51,752 nt of DNA from Chromera velia (Eukaryota). The position numbers were made by a program, and so were the translations under genes. Below, one piece after another: positions 39,858-51,752 of the stretch (the first letter of the stretch is position 1; the number at the start of each line of letters is the position of its first letter). The notes under the pieces are model-generated. The model worked only from the letters and a program-made list of their open reading frames with translations. It searched no databases and was not told where the DNA came from. The stretch covers positions 1 to 51,752 of the forward strand of contig JAHBMJ010000262.1 in the NCBI GenBank assembly GCA_018398765.1, read 5' to 3'.

Positions 39858-41309
39858 GTCAGTCGCTCGCTCGCTCATTCGCTCTCGCTTTCCATGAACC
39901 TTCTGTATTTTCCGTTCATTTGTTCCCTCTCCCTGGCTGTTTGTCTTGCTGCAGGAAATCGTGTTGAATGGTCTTGTCTCAGAGGCAAGGGAGGCTGCAG
40001 CCCTTCTCCTCCTCCCACCCCCACACCTTCCAGGGCCTCACAAACAACCAGACAGAGAGAGAGAGACTGGCGGGACGCGGGGAAGTGCAGCAGCAGCAGC
40101 AGCAGCAAAGTCCACTGCAGCAGCTGGGGGGTCCAGCTCTGTCTCTGTATCTGGGCAGCAGACGCAGAGATGTGAGAGTGGTTCTGTACCATTCACCCTT
40201 CTGTCCCGTTGTCTTCCCTTATCCTCACTTCACACATACGACGAGAAAACTGAGCATCCCTCTCAGCAGCAGCAACACAAACAACAGACTGCTATGGAAG
40301 AAATTGATGCGGCACGTTCTCGGTGTGTGGTACTGTGGGAGAGTCGTCTCTGTGACTGCGCTCTGGAGGTGAGAGCCTTGGAAGCGCTGGCTGTGGAGGC
40401 GTTGGGGGGGCCTGCATGCTCTCTGTCCCTTTCTGCGCCCCTCTCTGCCTCCGGCATTTCTTTGAGATACACAGAGCGAGAGGGCGGGGGAGAGAGGGAG
40501 AGAGAGGAATTCAGAGGAATCGAGTGCAGCAGACAGTCGGGGTGGAGACGTGAAGACTCCAGGGGGGCCCCTCTTATCTTCCCGTACGTCTGTCTCCCCT
40601 GTCCTCTTCCCCCATTGTCTGCATGGATCCTTTGTGAAGTTGCCGCATTGCCTGTGTGTCTGCATATGTCGGTCCTTTCTCTGATATTCCTTTCTTCTTT
40701 TCCTCCGCTGTTCGTTCTTGTGCTTCTTTCGGCCGCCCTCTCGTTTCTCTGAGGGCAAGAAGAGCTCCACATCTGTTCGTGTTCTCACTTACCTTCTCCT
40801 CATTTGATCGTGCATGCATGTGCAGGTCTGAGGACGACCGCATTCGTCTGGTTCTTCGCGTCTCAAAGAAGTTCGTCGCCTCCTCCCGTCTCGCCGCTTT
40901 CTCCGTTACGCTCTTCCGGGCTCTGGGGGCCTACCGATCGAGCAGGCCGGGGGCAGGGGAGGAGACGGATGCCAGAAAGAAAAGGTTGGAGAGCGCGAAG
41001 GAGAAAATTCGCTCGTTGGTGCTGAAATTTCTACAGGCGAAAGAAGCAGAGGAGGCTGCAGAAGATCCTCTCAGCTCCATGCGAAAGGACGAAGAGCAGG
41101 GCAGTGCGGGGGTGCAGAGTGGAGGCATTCCCCTTCTTCCGAACGCGGGAAAGGTGTCTGTGATGGCGGCAGAGCGTGCAGAGCAGGCTGCCTACTTCCT
41201 TGGATTTCTTGCCCGGATTGCCGACCTGGCAGATGTGGAGGGGATGACTGCTGCTTCTCGATTCCTGGCTGCTGTCGACTCACTTGCAGCTCAGCTTTCT
41301 CATAAGTGA
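17689..41309 (+). CDS. KNTC1: ROD/KNTC1 (Rough deal, RZZ complex)-like kinetochore protein, ~4,815 aa, 29 exons
   Basis: Phase-consistent exons: 17689-17760, 17836-18025, 18235-18374, 18549-18823, 19007-19283, 19448-19648, 19923-20840, 21168-21565, 21856-22747, 23127-23230, 23643-24509, 24829-25023, 25260-25478, 25813-25902, 26214-26280, 26695-26963, 27482-27553, 27902-28324, 28935-30213, 30610-31006, 31364-31518, 31843-32434, 32763-32830, 33126-33236, 33540-34691, 35038-35865, 36183-39527, 39955-40322, 40826-41309 (14,448 nt). ROD-like motifs recalled from memory appear in the expected order: WLRNYVIP, WSSLMSALGI, VSSYDFERLTFLL, RLPFDQL...WDLL, CRALAVLFRLA, LYVHALSSL...F...PKSALVQSLL, DFSIGDPNL. 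Confidence 0.75.
23528..23580 (+). repeat. (CT)n(GT)n intronic microsatellite
   Basis: Directly visible in a ROD intron. Similar tracts at 30422-30450 and 31538-31608. Confidence 0.95.
27370..27481 (+). repeat. Degenerate (TGGA)n tract running into a splice acceptor
   Basis: TGGATGGATG... with TGTATTGACGGAT twice, ending at the GATGCAG acceptor (27481). Confidence 0.85.
37408..37457 (+). repeat. Coding (AGC/AGT)n repeat encoding poly-Ser in the ROD-like protein
   Basis: Directly visible within the 3,345-nt exon. Confidence 0.9.
39595..39668 (+). repeat. 29-bp tandem repeat (~2.5 copies) in a ROD intron
   Basis: GTCTGTCTGTCTGTTTTGTCTTTTCACCT units start at 39595, 39624 and 39653 (last partial). 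Confidence 0.9.
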
Positions 41310-41900
41310 ATGAAGGGAGGAAGAATCTAGCTGGGAAGGGAAGCAGGGAGGGTGTTTGAGGAGGGGAAGGTTTTTTGAGAAGGTCCCGGTCGGGCGATGC
41401 GTTTGTTGATGAGGAGCCGAGAGCGGAAAATGATCGTGCGAGCGTGCTTGTTGTTTGATGTCATGAAGTGCATCGCATTCATGCTGACTGTCTCCATGCA
41501 TCCTTGATTGTTTTGACACAGCACAAATCCGTCTGCCAACGCTCTCTCTGCCAATAGAGTACGATCAGGGCCGTCCGGTCTGCTTTTCTGCACTGTCCCT
41601 GGACTGCATTCACGGCAGCTAGGGCCTTCTGTCCAAATCGATCAGGTAGGCTCATGCAGGCCCTAGCTGTTGTCAGAGCCGTAATTAATTCAGGGGGGGG
41701 GTAGATGTGACGGTTGTGTGTCGTCGTTCCATCACTCAAGTGACTCCCGGCGGGGGAGGGATGGGGAGGTCAAATCGTGCGATGTCGATTGCACCTTAAT
41801 GTGAAATCTGAACATTTTGCCTGGATAGCCGCTTGGACAACCTTTTATGCAAAGAATGACCTTGAAAACTTTGCCGTAGTTATTTATTCGTTGACCGGAA

Positions 41901-41904
<4 letters not shown>

Positions 41905-41934
<30 letters not shown>
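41905..41934. repeat. (AT)n microsatellite at the edge of an AT-rich island
   Basis: Directly visible. Confidence 0.95.
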
Positions 41935-43720
<1,786 letters not shown>

Positions 43721-45080
43721 GTACGGCCGGTATGCAGTCCTCACTAGAGTTCTCAGCCGTCAGTGTGATACAGCGTGAGATGTGAAGACTCAAAGGATTT
43801 AAGGTGACGATATCTCCTTTGAGTGTGTGTCACAGCGAGTGGTTGCCCCTCTTGACTCTGACTGAACACAAATGACCGTCTCATTTGCTAATCTAGAGAC
43901 CCGGCGATCTGCGTGCTCTCACTGGCGCTTCCACTTACGCTTGGGGAGGTTTGATGACAACTAATGCCAGGACTCCTCTCTCCCACACATGCACATGCAT
44001 GCCCTCCCGTCTAAGTCAGCTTGAGCGTGGGTCCCCCCTTTTTCCGAATTCCTTTCTTCGACACTTAAGACCTTGAGCTGTGGTTGCCAATGGGTCGATC
44101 TTCTGCTAGTCAGTCAGCGTTAATTATGGATCGAGGGGACGAGACAGTCTCGGAGTCAGTTGTGCTTACTCGGAGGGAGACCAAGTGAAATTTAACTGTG
44201 AAAAAGATCTGTTTGCCTGTCTGTATCTGCCTGTACGTATCTGTCTGCCTATTTTTGACTAACAAGACATGACATGAAAGCAAGGGAGCCATCACTTCGC
44301 GACTCGTCCGTTGCACTAATTCATTCATTCGTGCATTTTCTTGCTTTCTTTCTGTCTTTCTGACAGTCTGTCCTCCACGTTCGGCGATCAACCGTCGTTC
44401 GCCAATAAGGCAGCAACCGTGGGTCTTTCGTTCATCCATTGCCATGCAGCAGAACAAAATTCAGTCAGACAGCGGTGCAGTCAGAGGAGACATGCAAGAT
44501 CGATGCAGCTAAGAGGAATTGCCATCGATCGGTCGGCCGATGCAACTCGTTTGCAGAGAGTTTTGCACACACACGCTCACAAGCACACACGCCTTGACAG
44601 ACACCCACACGCTGGCGTCATCAGACGAGAACGGGGAAAGTGATTGGATTCTCTCCCCTTTCTCTCTCACACACACACAGGCAAGCAAACTCACACGATC
44701 ACATGCAACACCATCCATCCATTCGATCAGTCAACGGCTGCAGTCAGCGCACGCATCTAGCAGGAAGGAAGAAAGACAGCAAGCAATCCCACCATGCCCC
44801 CCCAAGACCAATCGATCGATCGATCCGCCCTCTCCCCCACTCCCACACATGCACGAAGAGTGATAAGTCAGTCTGTAGTTAGTAAGGAGGGTCTGCGCTG
44901 CCGAGAACAGCAAAGTTTATGCCCCAGCATCTGCTCTCATCCGCATCTCGCAACAACGAAAATGCAATCACATCCACACCGATGGATCTCTGCACACCGC
45001 ACTCGTTTCCTCCTCCCTCCATGTATCTATGTGCTTCTTTCCACTCCACTTAATTCATCTATTCACATCACACATCAGAC

Positions 45081-45919
45081 CTAGGGCTTCGGGCCGAACC
45101 CCTTGAGAAGCTCGAAGTCGATTCCCTCCACATTAGGGAGCTTGTCAATGCCCTCCATGCCAGCCATCGGGATGTCCCCTCCGACGGGGAGGTCTCCGAA
45201 GTCCTTGCCAATGGGAAGGTCTCCGAATTCTCCGAGCTTGTCGAGACCCAGAGCATCCTCAGAGGCCACACCGGCCCCGGAAAGTCCGGGCATCTCCATC
45301 CCTCCCATGTCTCCCAGCTTGAAACCGTCCAGACCGGGGAACTTGAAACCGTCGAGCTTCAGGAAATCACCGCCCCCGAAGAGGTCAAAGAGACCACCGG
45401 ACTTTTCTGCACACACGCGTGACGAAGAGGAACAGAAAGAAAGAAAACAAAATGAAACACACAGGTGTACCCTTCGCACTCGATTGACGACGGTCCCCGT
45501 TGTGTGCATAACCCAAAAATGAAGATGGGTGCCTTTACGCGTATCAACCGACTTTCTGTCTGAGGCACAAAACGCCTGAAAAAATAGCCACTCCTGAGAA
45601 GGGTTAAATATCTAATCCTTCCTGCCTCACGACCGACGGACCCTCCTTGTCCTTGAAGCACTCTCCGACGATCTCCACCCTCACAGTGACAGTGGCAGGG
45701 TCAGACTCGGTGGTCTTGTCCTTGGCGGCATACTCCCAAGAGACCTCGAAGGATTCCGTCTCTCCCTTGGGGGGGGTGTAGGTGAAGTATCCTGTCTGGA
45801 CGTTCCACTCCAACTTGCCCTTGGAGGGATTGGTCAGCAGGGGGTAGGTCAGGTGGCTGGACTGGGTGTCGGGGTCGTGAGCCTCGGCCCTGCCCTTGAT
45901 CGAAGGGACCTCCCTGCAG

Positions 45920-45958
<39 letters not shown>

Positions 45959-48900
45959 ACGACTTCACATAAATGAAAATGCATTAAAGCCATAGCTGTT
46001 GTTGTACTAAAGAGCAAAGGGCATCCCCTGGCACGATGAAGGTGAAAGTTGAACATGAACATGACGGAGGTGCTGTGTAGCTGCTTTGTGAGAGGTCAAA
46101 AGAAAGCAAGGGAAATCAGATCGCCCCCCCCAACTGACTTTGCCTTGCAGTCGACGTTGAGGGTCAGGTAGATGTCCTTGGCGACAGGGGGGTCGTCTGC
46201 ATTGCATTCGTGGGAGGGAGAGGGGCAGAGAATGGATGGATAAGAGAGGGCGGTTTGAATACGTGGATAGTGAGAAGAGATGTCCTTGGCAGTTTTAGGA
46301 AAGCCAGCTAGAGGGATTGACTAGCACTGCATGCCTCCAATTGGGACTCGGCCACCTTTGCCGACTCTCAACAACAGCATGAAGAAATCGATCGATCGAT
46401 CGATCTATCGATCGTGCTTCTTCATTGGCTTTTTCGATCGATCGATCGTGCACAACTAATTGGCTGCTTTTTCACTGGGATTTTTCATTTGGACTCACCC
46501 ACCTTTGCCGACAACCTTGATGGCGACTCTGGCGGTGGCCTTGCAGAACACCCCGTCAGTAACCTCGATCTGCACACACAGAGAAAGTGGTGAGCGTGAA
46601 CAGTCAGCGTAGGAGGAAGTCGGTCAGCAGCGTGGGTTTCCCTCTTTCTTCTCCATTCTCCCCCCCCCCCTTACCTGAGCGGTGTAGAAGAACGTGTCAA
46701 TGCCCACGAAGTTCTCGGGGGGGGTGTACTCGAAGGTTCCGTCGGGAGAGATGAACACGACAGTGCCTGCATGCAGACATGCAGATGGATGATTCGGTCA
46801 GAGAAGAAAGAATGGACTGGACGCGCTTGTATGCCATTGGAACAGTGCTACGATTGCTCTCCGGTAAAGTCCTCTCTGCGATAGATCCCTCCCCTCCCTC
46901 CCTTTCTGTGCGTTCTCTCCACCTGGATGGGTCCCCGTCTCTCTTTCGCTTCACGCACTGCCTGGTTTTGCTGAGACGAGACTGACCTCCTTCGCTGGTA
47001 GTGACGGGGGTGGCACCGGGGATGACCTCCCAGTCGTCGGGGTCGTTGGTGAGGACGTTCTCGGTCAGGGGCTCATCCTCGTGGGTGACAAAGTAGTCAT
47101 CAACAAGGTCGTGGGAGAATGCTGCAATTCGTGCAGTGAAGGAGGTTCGGGAGCTAAGAAATGTGTTGTGTAGATCGACTCAATGGAAAATTGTTTTTTT
47201 CCGACAGTAAGCAAACACTGAGTCAAAAGGTGGCAAAGAGATAAGCAAAACTGAGTCAAAAAGACGTAATGAGACAGAAGTTCGGCACGTGTAGTGGAGA
47301 GGTGCCTGTGCTAGACATCTCAAGAAGAGCAAGGCAGAGGGCTGAAGGACAAAACTGCTGCTGCCTTGATTGCTGTTTTTTGGCCTGCCTTTCTGTCTAC
47401 CTTTCTCTCTGTCTGTTTGACTGCAGCGTGTTTGACTGACAGACAGACAGACAGACAGACAGACTGACCGCTGCAATCTTCGACGTGGGTGGCGTTGACT
47501 TTGCCTCCTCCAATGTGCTTCTTGTCATCGTGTTTCTTTCCGAAGTTATTGTTGCTCCCGATGGTGACGTCGTTGGAGACAATGAATGTCTGGTTCACAC
47601 CTTCGGCAACATTGACAATACCCCCCGAAACGTCCCCTCCCTGGGCGCCAGAGTTGATGTCTCCGGTCTGCATTTTATTCGTTTGATCAACGGAATAGAA
47701 AGAAATACAATGCCGCCAAGAGGTGGCAGGGGACTTGGGAGAAGAAAGAAGGAAGAAGGAAGAGGAGAGGATCAAAGTCAAAAAGAAAGAAAGTCAATAG
47801 AGGACTGTTGGACATCATTCAAATCACGTACACATTTTCTGCTGCCTCTTTTTGAAGGTGCGTACATTTTGCTCATCCCTCTTTCGTCAAGAATTGCGAT
47901 GAGAAAAGGTGGCGCATGAACTCTCCCAGCATTGAAGGCCCGTCACACAAGGGTCATGTGCCCCTATGTCTCTCTGCATGCACTGACAGCTAGATTGACT
48001 GACACACAGACTGACGGACTGACCGTGGAGTTGGACATTGAGATCAGGGTGTTGTCGGCACTGGAGCTAGTAGATCCGGACCCAGAAGTGGAACTGCAGC
48101 GGCAGGCAGGCAGGCAGGCAGGCAGGGGGGGGACTAGAATGCAATCTAGGACAGAGAAAAGGCTTGAGTTTGCATATTGTGCTGCAGGTGACATGTGGGA
48201 CTGTCAATCCAGGCTGGACTGATTGCTTGCATTTGTTCTTCTCCAAGCTGTCAATGTGAGCTAGCTGCTTTTTCTGAGAGTGTTTTCGAGTTCGGACTCA
48301 TTGCGGTGTTTGCAGCAAGCATACAACGAAGAAAGACAAAGCGAGCGCTCAGAAGAAAAATCACAAACAAAAACCGACTTGCTATTCAGGGTCTGCTGCT
48401 GCTGCTGCCCGTTGGCGCCTGCATTGCCGTTGGTGTCGACGGTGGGGGTGAACTGGCTTTGCTCCTGCATGCGTACCGAAGGGAGGGGAGAAAGAAATAC
48501 GTATGTGTGCTCTCTACCGTTGGAGAGGAAGGAAGGACCCTGTTGTCGTCGTACTTTGGGGCTTTCCATTCATGAAACTAGCGTAATAGAGATGGGGGAA
48601 GGATTACGTGATTCTTCGTCACAAACTGCACGTCTGATTTTGTTTGTTTGATTGAAGCAACGACTATGAAGGTTTGTGGTTAATTCTGCCCCTGTAGTCA
48701 TGTGAGTGGCGAGTCAGGAAGGACAACGAAGAGAGAACACAACAGGAGTGGAGCCCTGCCTGACTCAAGTCAAGTGAAGATAGGTACCGACCCGTGTGCC
48801 GACGTTGGTTCCGTTAATGTTGACGTCTGTGTTCACGACATTGGAGCTATTCACGGGGGCAACGTTGGTGTTCTCCGAAGTGGTCACCACAGTGACGTTC

Positions 48901-51473
48901 TGGGACTGCATCGCGAAAGGAAGAGAAGGCAGAAATTAAAGCAAAAAGATACATGCACAAACAGGTAATCGTGAGGGGTCGATAGTACACACCCACAAAA
49001 GAACCGCATACATAGAGTCTCTACTCTCTTTGAGATCCCCTGCTGTGATCGATTGAGAGAAAGGGAGAGCCCTGCTTGCTCCCCCTCTGTCGAGCAGAAA
49101 GAAAAGAGTACACCCCCGATACCCCCCACTTACCCACCCTGTCGGAGTTATCCGTCACGTTGTTCTGGTTCACGTTGATTCCGATCAGGAGGTTATCGGC
49201 AGAAGAGGAGGTGTTGAAGTTCGGGTTCATCTGGATGCGGTCGGAGTCCTGCAAGCAAGCAAGGAACAAAGCAGAGGAGTAAGAGCAAGAGAGACTGACT
49301 ATTCTCACGACTCGGTGAATAGAAAGCTGCGATGTGCGCTTGGTTGAAAGTCGTCAGAAAAAACAAGCAGTGAATGGAAAAGAAAGAATAGTCATGTTGA
49401 GTGCATGTTTCTGGAGAAGGACCGACGGGAGAGAGACAGAGAAGGAGAGAGAGACAGATCAACTGACATTGACGTAGACATCGCTTTGGGAGGGCGACTC
49501 GATGATGAGGGAGGGGTTGATGTCCGTGTCACTGTCTGCATCAACCTCATTCTGATTCTCTCCGATGATGGTTTTGTTGACGTAGTTCTTGTTCGACGCA
49601 TCGTTTTCAAGCTGCACTCAGTCAGCCATTAACCACGAAGTCATTCATGAGTACGTGTGCGTGTGGGAGCATACGAGAAGAGAAACACATGGACCAACAC
49701 CAAAGTCTGCTGTCGGGAAAGGATGTGAAGCCTCGTCATCCGATATTTGGCACTGCAAAATGTCTCAGCCGACAAACTGAATGGTGACCTTTCAAGCTGC
49801 ATGAATCCATTCGCAACATTGCAACAAAATTTACAGTCATGAAACGCATCACCCCTCCACCACTCCTCTAACCGACTAAGCGACCAACCGTGGCGTTGAT
49901 GCCTGATCCGGACGTTGTAATGGCCGTGAAGTTGCCTTCGATCGAGCCTTCGTTGGTCTGGACAGCGGAGTTATTGTTCTTTGCGATGTTATTCTGCAAC
50001 GGGGGGGGACAACAGACCGAGACGCTTCAGTGATCAGAGAAGGGGGGGAGAACAGAAGAGACCTAGTCAAGCGCGCAAGATGGTGCGTTGATGAAACGTT
50101 AAGTGAAAAAGTAAGTGAGTGTTTGCGTGGGGGTGGGTGGGTGGGGAAGAGGGGGGTTTGTCATTCACGTCTGCATCCACATTGATCAAAATCTTCACTC
50201 TCATGTGAGGGGTGACGAGAATGAAAATATACCTTGCATCTTGGGTGAACGCACGTCTTTGCCTGCCTTGTGTCTAGTTGCACTTGCTTATCCGGCCAGC
50301 TGACCCTCTCTGAGTCATCGATGATCGTCGGGGTGTTTTGGTTCTCTCCCAAGGTGGTGTCATCGTCGCTGATGGTGGAGGAAATGTTGCCGTTCACCTC
50401 ATTGTTGTTAATGTCCTGTATTTACGCATGGACACCACGATTGTTTACGGTAGGAAGAGAGCCGGGAAAGGGAATCTTTTGAAAGAAAAAGAGAAAATAC
50501 AGCGAGAACTTGCACATACAAAGGACGGGCATGACCAGCACATTTCTTCTGACAGTTTGAAGCGCCCCCTGTTCCTTGCAACTCTGTCCGAATGACTGAC
50601 AGTCACGTTAACGTCGCTATCTGCCCCAGATGTCACGGTGATGTTGGAGGCGAAGGAGTTGTCGCTCGTCGAGTTCACCCAGTTCTGGTTGGTTCCGTCA
50701 GAAGAGGCGTTCAGGTTATTCTCAGTGGACTGGCCGTTATCGATCTGCACAAACATGAGGAGACAAACAAAAAGAGGTAGAGGGAAAAGCCACTTTGGTC
50801 AGAACGTTGGGTTGCCCAGAAAGGAGACCAAAAGCTTCAATCGGTTCATTCATACTACCCAAAACGGACTCCATCTTTGTGGGGTTTTACTGATTCTTTA
50901 CTTGTGATTTATGATACCTTTTGCCATTCCCTCCAGCACAGCCAGACCGAATATCCGTCCACATCCATAGCCTCGAAGCATGGACCGTTGAAAAAAGGAG
51001 ACAAGCGACTTAAGCAGGCTACTGACGTCCACGGTCACGTTGCCGTAAGCAAAGGAGTCCCCAACGGTGACGTTGTTATCTCCGTTGATCACGGTGACGT
51101 TGATGAAGATGTCCCCGGTGGTGGAGTTGGCCCCGGTGTTTCCTGTAATTAGATAGATACAAAAAGCGTGTGTGGTGGTGGAAGGGGGAGCGACAAGCTC
51201 AGGGAACAAATTGTGAAGGAAGGTATAGAGAGGGGCGGGTGGAAGACTTCCACGAGTTTAAAACTTCTGACACAACAATTATTGAAGACCAACACCTTGA
51301 TTTACCCATTGACTACAGAGAGTCAATCAATTGACAGACTGACTGACTGACTGACTGACTGACTGACCAGACTGTGAGTTGACGTTGAAGTCCCCGATGA
51401 TGTTCGTCTGGTTCTGGTCTCCGGTCTCGATCGTGATGTTCCCGATGATGACGTCGTTGTCGTTCTCGGTCAC
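45081..51473 (-). CDS. Putative secreted/surface glycoprotein with Asn/Thr/Val-rich beta-repeats, two bacterial-type Ig/cadherin-like (Big_9-like) domains and a Gly/Asp/Phe/Leu-rich tail; 5' end not found
   Basis: 17 phase-consistent exons: 51473-51368, 51142-51027, 50744-50601, 50415-50305, 49993-49889, 49611-49468, 49248-49138, 48905-48792, 48464-48379, 48093-48024, 47667-47469, 47121-46987, 46766-46675, 46569-46503, 46196-46139, 45913-45642, 45406-45081. Motifs DDYFVTHEDEPLTENVLTND...DGTFEYTPPENFVGIDTFFY, DDPPVAKD and NPSKGKL...TGYFTYTP...SDPATVTVRV. Many NxS/T sequons. Confidence 0.8.
46387..46450. repeat. (GATC)n palindromic microsatellite tracts in an intron
   Basis: ATCGATCGATCGATCGATCTATCGATCG and CGATCGATCGATCG. 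Another tract at 44811-44825. Confidence 0.9.
51337..51367 (-). repeat. (GTCA)n microsatellite beginning exactly at a 5' splice site
   Basis: Minus strand reads TCT G|GTCAGTCAGTCAGTCAGTCAGTCAGTCAGTC. Confidence 0.9.
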
Positions 51474-51561
51474 CTGAGAGAGGCCGGGGAAGGGGAGGAA
51501 ATGAAGTGAATGCACTCACTGGCTTCTTTGAGCGCTCGTCGTGACAAGACAGACTCGTGCA

Positions 51562-51613
<52 letters not shown>

Positions 51614-51621
51614 TGTGTGTG

Positions 51622-51664
<43 letters not shown>

Positions 51665-51752
51665 GCGTGTGCGTGCGTGTGCGTGTTTGTGTGCGTGTTT
51701 GTGTGCGTGCGTGCGTGTGTGCGTGTGTGCGTGTGTGCGTGTGTGCGTGCGT
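51562..51752 (+). repeat. (CT)n-(GT)n-(GTGC)n microsatellite running to the window end
   Basis: Directly visible. Confidence 0.97.

Noticed and set aside
18258..41283. Many minus-strand ORFs over the ROD locus
   Set aside because: Antisense shadows of GC-rich exons. Intron polarity and splice sites all point to the plus strand.
4377..41746. Shared 14-mer CACTCAAGTGACTC near two gene 3' ends (4377, 41733)
   Set aside because: Several 14-mer matches are expected by chance in 52 kb, and the flanks do not extend the match.

Overview
Intron-rich eukaryotic genomic DNA, most likely from a chromerid alveolate (Chromera-like). That assignment is inferred from a signal+transit-peptide plastid leader, abundant TGCATGCA motifs, microsatellite-filled introns and Gly/Glu/Ser-rich protein insertions. 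Most ORF-track entries are shadow frames or intron read-through. Hand splicing (GT..AG, phase-consistent) gives six genes: plastid ribosomal protein L27 (-), an RNase P/MRP Rpp14/Pop5-like subunit head-to-head with it (+), a mitochondrial EF-hand + TMEM65 protein (-), an orphan 3-exon gene (-), a ~4,800-aa 29-exon ROD/KNTC1 kinetochore homolog (+), and the 3' part of a putative surface glycoprotein (-) with exon-duplicated Asn/Thr/Val beta-repeats and two bacterial-type Ig/cadherin-like domains. Also present: a decayed 5'-truncated RLE-type non-LTR retrotransposon, a ~455-bp MITE-like element, AT/TpA-rich islands and a decayed gene-like region. The strongest unexplained signal is that about 32 of 53 reconstructed introns start GTC (mostly GTCAGT, often inside GTCN-GTCN periodicity) rather than GTRAGT. 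All gene models are manual and unverified by transcripts.
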